Source: Bacillus phage PBS1. From it: a DNA stretch of 32,000 nt. The position numbers were made by a program, and so were the translations under genes. Below are positions 27,844-32,000 of this stretch, piece after piece. Location: sequence record NC_043027.1. The stretch is one strand, 5' to 3'. Positions within the stretch are counted from its first letter, which is position 1; each line of letters opens with the position of its first letter. Under the pieces are notes generated by a model. That model did no database searches and had not been told where the DNA came from. It saw nothing but the letters and a program-made list of their open reading frames with translations.

Positions 27844-27882
27844 ATGGTTAAAATTTTTGTTCCAATAGTTGAAAATAAATAA
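27844..27882 (+). CDS. Possible 12-aa leader peptide
   Basis: ATAGGAGATGAAAA-ATG GTT AAA ATT TTT GTT CCA ATA GTT GAA AAT AAA TAA (MVKIFVPIVENK*) between the promoter candidate and topoisomerase gene. Confidence 0.3.
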   Translation: MVKIFVPIVENK

Positions 27883-27922
27883 ACTTATATTAATTAATTA
27901 GATGAAAATGGGGGAATATTTG

Positions 27923-30226
27923 ATGGTAACGACAAAAGTAAAAAATCAATATAGTGATGAATCAATTGATCTTTTGGAAGGTTTAGAAGGTATCAGAACA
28001 CGTTTTGATATGTATGTGGGTGGAAAAGATTCAGCGGCATTTCATCTTGTAAAAGAAGTAGTGGACAACTCTATTGATGAAGCGATCAATGGATATTGTA
28101 CTAATATTAATATTACATATGATGAAAAACTCAATCAAATTTCAATTGAAGATAATGGTCGTGGTCTTCCTACTGGTATTAATAAGAAGACTAAAAAACC
28201 TACAATTGAAGTACTTTTTACTTATATGCATGCAGGTGGAAAATTTAATAAGGATAGCTTTAAAGTATCAGGCGGTAAGAATGGTATTGGTTTAAAAGCA
28301 GTTAATGCTCTTTCAAGCTTCCTATTGGTTGAATCATTTCATAATGGCGAACACTATTCAATGGAATTTTCTAAAGGAAAAATCGTCAAATCATTAAATA
28401 AACTTGGAAATACTACAAAACGTGGTACAAAAATTACATTTATACCTGATGATGAAATTTTAAAACAATTTGCCAAAATTGATCAATCTCTGTTAAAAGA
28501 GGAATTAAATAAGAGAGCATATATCAATGCTGGTCTTGAAATTAACTTAAAAATTGGTAAAGAGAAAACTACTTTTAAACATGATAACGGAATTATTGAC
28601 TATCTTAATGATATTAATACAGATCAAATTAATGAACCAATCAATTTTGAATTTACTGATAAAAAGGGAAATATTTATGAAGTAGTATTTAATTATGCTA
28701 ATGAATCAGGAGAAAATATTAAATCATTTGTTAATGGTATCTCAACAAGCAAAGGTACTCATGAACAAGGCTTTAAAACAGGACTAACAGTGGCACTACT
28801 TGAATTTATTAAAGAAAATAATCTATTACCTAAAAAGTTAGAAAAACTAGAAATTAAGGGTGATGATATTCGAGAAGGATTATATTCTATTATTAGTCTT
28901 AAACTCTTAGAACCAGAATTCCGAGGACAAGTAAAAGATGAATTAAGTAATAGTGAAGTACTTGGGGAATTGAAAAAGGCTACTCATGAAAAGACAAAAG
29001 ATTGGCTATCAAAAAATATTGATATTGGTAAAAAGATTGCAAATCGTATTATTGCATTTGCAAAGGGTAGAAAAGAAGCTAATGCAATTAAAGACAAAAT
29101 TGTAAAAGTAAATGGTAATTCTTCTGGTTTATCATTTAAATCTGATTTCCCTGATTGTGATAGTAGAGATATTACAAAAAACGAAATTATTGTTATTGAG
29201 GGAAATTCAGCTGGAGGTAGTGTACGTAATGCTAGAATTTCAGAAATTCAAGCTGTATTCCCATTACGTGGTAAACCATTAAATGCATATGGGTTAACTC
29301 ATGCTAGAATTCTAGCAAATAAAGAATTTAAAGAACTAATTAAAGTAATTTTTGGAACAACTGATATTAAGAATATTAGTTATGATAATATTAGATATGG
29401 TAAAATTATTATTTTGGCAGATGCCGATGATGATGGATACCATATTACTATGTTGCTTCTTGCATTTCTATATGAGCATTTTCCTAAATTAATTGAGGAT
29501 GGAAGAGTATATATTGCACTCTCCCCATTATATCGTGTTAGAAAAAATAAATCCGATAAATATCTTTATTTCAAGAATGATAAAGAGTATGATAAATTTG
29601 TAATTAAAGAGATTGGAAAGAAATATAAACTTGATCCAATTTCTCTTAGTAAATTCATTACAAACGGAAAGAAATATACAAGTTTATTTGATAGTATTAG
29701 ACATAGATATAATATTGACATTGATGTATTAAATATTATTGAAAATCATATGAGTGTAAATAATGATATTCGCACTAAAGATATTGTCTCAGATCTAAAA
29801 GATATTGATCTAGCAGTTACAAAAGAAGGAAAAGATCTTAAAGTAGAAGGTTTATACAGAGATACTTGGCATAAACTCATTATTAATGATGAATTTGTTA
29901 AACATATTGAAGAACTTTCAGCGGTATTTAATGATTTAGACGTAGTAACAATTGAAGATGCAAAAGACGGTCATATTGTAAAAGAAGATGAATATATTTA
30001 TAATGCATTAAACTTTTTAAATAATTCAATTACTTTTGTCAGAAACCGTTTTAAAGGATTAGGAGAAGCAGATGCTAATGAGTTATTTGAGACTACTCTT
30101 GATCCAAAGAAAAGAGATTTAGTTCAAGTCAATATTAATGATTTTGAATCTACAGATGAGATCAATAAGATTCTATTTGGGAATAATGCTGATTTACGTA
30201 AAATGTTTATTGATAAATATTTGTAA
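27923..30226 (+). CDS. Type II DNA topoisomerase B subunit (GyrB/ParE-like)
   Basis: GHKL motifs 'EVVDNSIDEAINGYC', 'IEDNGRGLPTG', 'GGKNGIGLKAVNALS'; 'STSKGTHEQGFKTGL'; TOPRIM 'IEGNSAGGSVRNAR', 'ILADADDDGYHI'; C-terminal 'RFKGLGEADANELFETTLDP'. Start ATG 27923 (MVTTKVKNQ...) or 27902. Confidence 0.93.
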   Translation: MVTTKVKNQYSDESIDLLEGLEGIRTRFDMYVGGKDSAAFHLVKEVVDNSIDEAINGYCTNINITYDEKLNQISIEDNGRGLPTGINKKTKKPTIEVLFTYMHAGGKFNKDSFKVSGGKNGIGLKAVNALSSFLLVESFHNGEHYSMEFSKGKIVKSLNKLGNTTKRGTKITFIPDDEILKQFAKIDQSLLKEELNKRAYINAGLEINLKIGKEKTTFKHDNGIIDYLNDINTDQINEPINFEFTDKKGNIYEVVFNYANESGENIKSFVNGISTSKGTHEQGFKTGLTVALLEFIKENNLLPKKLEKLEIKGDDIREGLYSIISLKLLEPEFRGQVKDELSNSEVLGELKKATHEKTKDWLSKNIDIGKKIANRIIAFAKGRKEANAIKDKIVKVNGNSSGLSFKSDFPDCDSRDITKNEIIVIEGNSAGGSVRNARISEIQAVFPLRGKPLNAYGLTHARILANKEFKELIKVIFGTTDIKNISYDNIRYGKIIILADADDDGYHITMLLLAFLYEHFPKLIEDGRVYIALSPLYRVRKNKSDKYLYFKNDKEYDKFVIKEIGKKYKLDPISLSKFITNGKKYTSLFDSIRHRYNIDIDVLNIIENHMSVNNDIRTKDIVSDLKDIDLAVTKEGKDLKVEGLYRDTWHKLIINDEFVKHIEELSAVFNDLDVVTIEDAKDGHIVKEDEYIYNALNFLNNSITFVRNRFKGLGEADANELFETTLDPKKRDLVQVNINDFESTDEINKILFGNNADLRKMFIDKYL

Positions 30227-30230
30227 AATG

Positions 30231-30271
30231 ATAACAACCTTACCAATAATAGGTAAGGTTGTTATTTTTAT
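30231..30271 (+). terminator. Intrinsic terminator
   Basis: Perfect 14-bp stem ATAACAACCTTACC-AATAATA-GGTAAGGTTGTTAT followed by TTTTA. Confidence 0.9.
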
Positions 30272-30286
30272 TAACAGGAGGTTATT

Positions 30287-31084
30287 ATGAATAATATTAA
30301 TAAAGCTAAAGTAATTGCCGCAGGTTCATCAATTCTTATTGCTATTAGTCTTACTACAACAACAGTTACATATAATTATATGAATAAGAAGATTGAAACC
30401 AAAGAGAGCGAAGTTACTGAATTAAGAGATAGTTTTAAAAATCTGAAAAAAGAAAAAATTAATTTAGAAAAAGAAAATAAAGATTTTTCAAGTAATAATA
30501 AAAATCTTGATAATAAAGTTAAAGAACTAAAGAAATCAAAAGAAGAACTAGATAAAAAGAATACTGAGATTTCAGAAGAAAATAAAGAATTAAAGAAGTT
30601 TATTGAACATGTACAAAAATTGCCTCAATGGACTGAACAAGATGTAACTCAAACATCTAATACTAGTAAGATTGGATTGAAAATTGCTCTAAAAGATACT
30701 GGGTTAGATGGTCTTGAAGAATCATTTATTGAAGCTGAAAATAAGTATGGTATTAATGCTATCTTTTTAACATCATTAGTAGCACAAGAGAGTGGTTGGG
30801 GAACTTCAGATAGAGCAAAGAGAGATAATAATCTTTCTGGTTATGCAGTTTATAGTGATTCAAGTAAAGGAAAGTCATTTGCTAGTAAACATGATAGTAT
30901 TATGAGTACAGCAAAATTATTAAAGGAAAATTATGTAAAAGAAGGAAGAAAAGACATTTATTCAATAAATGATAAATATACACCCGTAAATGGTCATGAT
31001 TGGGCGAATAATATAATTAGAATTGCTAATAAATTAGTTAAAAAAGCAGACGTTAACCAATATATTAAAGGACAAAAAATTTAA
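30287..31084 (+). CDS. Membrane-anchored coiled-coil protein with glucosaminidase-type PG hydrolase domain
   Basis: 'VIAAGSSILIAISLTTTTVTYNYM' TM; long coiled coil; 'AENKYGINAIFLTSLVAQESGWGTSDRAKRDNNLSGYAVYSDS...FASKHDSIMSTAKLLKENYV' glucosaminidase/lysozyme-like signature; RBS CAGGAGG. Confidence 0.85.
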   Translation: MNNINKAKVIAAGSSILIAISLTTTTVTYNYMNKKIETKESEVTELRDSFKNLKKEKINLEKENKDFSSNNKNLDNKVKELKKSKEELDKKNTEISEENKELKKFIEHVQKLPQWTEQDVTQTSNTSKIGLKIALKDTGLDGLEESFIEAENKYGINAIFLTSLVAQESGWGTSDRAKRDNNLSGYAVYSDSSKGKSFASKHDSIMSTAKLLKENYVKEGRKDIYSINDKYTPVNGHDWANNIIRIANKLVKKADVNQYIKGQKI

Positions 31085-31097
31085 GGGGATTTTAATT

Positions 31098-31460
31098 ATG
31101 AATAAAAGATATAATAAGAGATATAATAAAAATGAACAACTTGCAAATGAGTTAAGAGACTTTATTATTAAAAATGAATTTACGAATGTTCGAATCTACT
31201 TTAATAATAAAGCATATGACTGGTATAGTTCTAGTAAAGAACCAATTTTAATTAATAATATTAGACCAACAGAATATTTTCCGACTGCAAATAATAAAAC
31301 TGTTTCAATGAGTTTTGAAGGAAATCTATATTATCCTATGAACTTCGGTGATAATGATAATGACTTTACTACTTATAATACAATTAAAAGTATTTTTAAA
31401 AAATATGGTTACTATTTTGAATTTGGAAATGCATGGAATATAACTGCCTATGATTTATAA
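31098..31460 (+). CDS. Hypothetical protein
   Basis: 120-aa ORF, AAGGGG RBS. Confidence 0.65.
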   Translation: MNKRYNKRYNKNEQLANELRDFIIKNEFTNVRIYFNNKAYDWYSSSKEPILINNIRPTEYFPTANNKTVSMSFEGNLYYPMNFGDNDNDFTTYNTIKSIFKKYGYYFEFGNAWNITAYDL

Positions 31461-31477
31461 AAGGAGAAAGAATAATA

Positions 31478-32000
31478 ATGGGTAAAAAGATTAATAAAGA
31501 AATATTAGAAAAAATAATTAAAGAAAATCCTGATTGGTCGCAAAAACAAATAGCTGATCATTTAAATTTATCTATATCTTATATTGGACAATTAATAAAA
31601 AAATATAATATTGATTATACTATAAAAAAGAAGAATAAAAAAATAATTATTTCAAAAGAAAAATTAATTGAAATTATTAATGAACACCCTGATTGGACAC
31701 AAAAACAAATAGCTGATCATTTAGGAGTTGTAGAATCCTATATCGGTAGGTTAATAAAAAAGTATGATATAATATATGTTAAAAAAGGAAATCAAAGCAG
31801 GAATAAATTTATGGAAAAAAATTTAATTTCACAATATTTTATGAATGAAGAAATTATGGCAGATTTATTATTTTCAGTAATTAAGAATAATAATAAATTA
31901 AATCAAAAAGAAATAGCTGATCTATTAGTAAAAAGATTAATTAATGAATATAATCTAAATTATAAATTAAAAACTATAACTAAAGATGATTTATTGGATG
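31478..32000 (+). CDS. Tandem helix-turn-helix module protein, partial (open at the right edge)
   Basis: Not in the ORF track. AAAGGAG RBS; MGKKINKEILEKIIKENPDWSQKQIADHLNLSISYIGQLIKKYNIDY...ISKEKLIEIINEHPDWTQKQIADHLGVVESYIGRLIKKYDIIY...; frame stays open to nt 32000. Confidence 0.8.
   Translation, partial: MGKKINKEILEKIIKENPDWSQKQIADHLNLSISYIGQLIKKYNIDYTIKKKNKKIIISKEKLIEIINEHPDWTQKQIADHLGVVESYIGRLIKKYDIIYVKKGNQSRNKFMEKNLISQYFMNEEIMADLLFSVIKNNNKLNQKEIADLLVKRLINEYNLNYKLKTITKDDLLD

Noticed and set aside
28074-28295. 73-aa plus-strand ORF
   Set aside because: Out-of-frame within the topoisomerase B gene.

Overview
AT-rich window of a large tailed-phage (probably myovirus-like) genome. The host is probably a spore-forming Firmicute (inference from the SleB-type hydrolase and strong AGGAGG-type ribosome-binding sites). 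Leftward blocks (about 1-10462 and 16596-21697) carry virion and baseplate-like proteins: two adhesin/fibre-like proteins built from ~200-aa repeats, a gp53-like baseplate protein, a gp5-OB/collagen-like protein, and a run of small unknown proteins including a lipoprotein. Rightward blocks carry nucleic-acid and nucleotide metabolism: SbcD-like nuclease, YpsA/SLOG-like, DUF2786-like, DnaB-like helicase, SF1B helicase, a calcineurin-type phosphoesterase, an MBL-fold hydrolase and a type II topoisomerase B subunit. They also carry an HExxH peptidase, two PG hydrolases (one in reverse orientation) and unusual HTH-module proteins. The strongest leads are: (1) a repeat domain split exactly across two adjacent structural ORFs; (2) an MBL-fold HTHPDH protein that could be an Apyc1-like anti-Pycsar enzyme; (3) a recurrent small HTH module, once as a 54-aa protein and again in tandem in a partial ORF missed by the ORF track; (4) an HExxH peptidase/HTH/unknown operon; (5) a SLOG + DUF2786 + nuclease cluster. 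No tRNA, rRNA or CRISPR array was recognised by eye.
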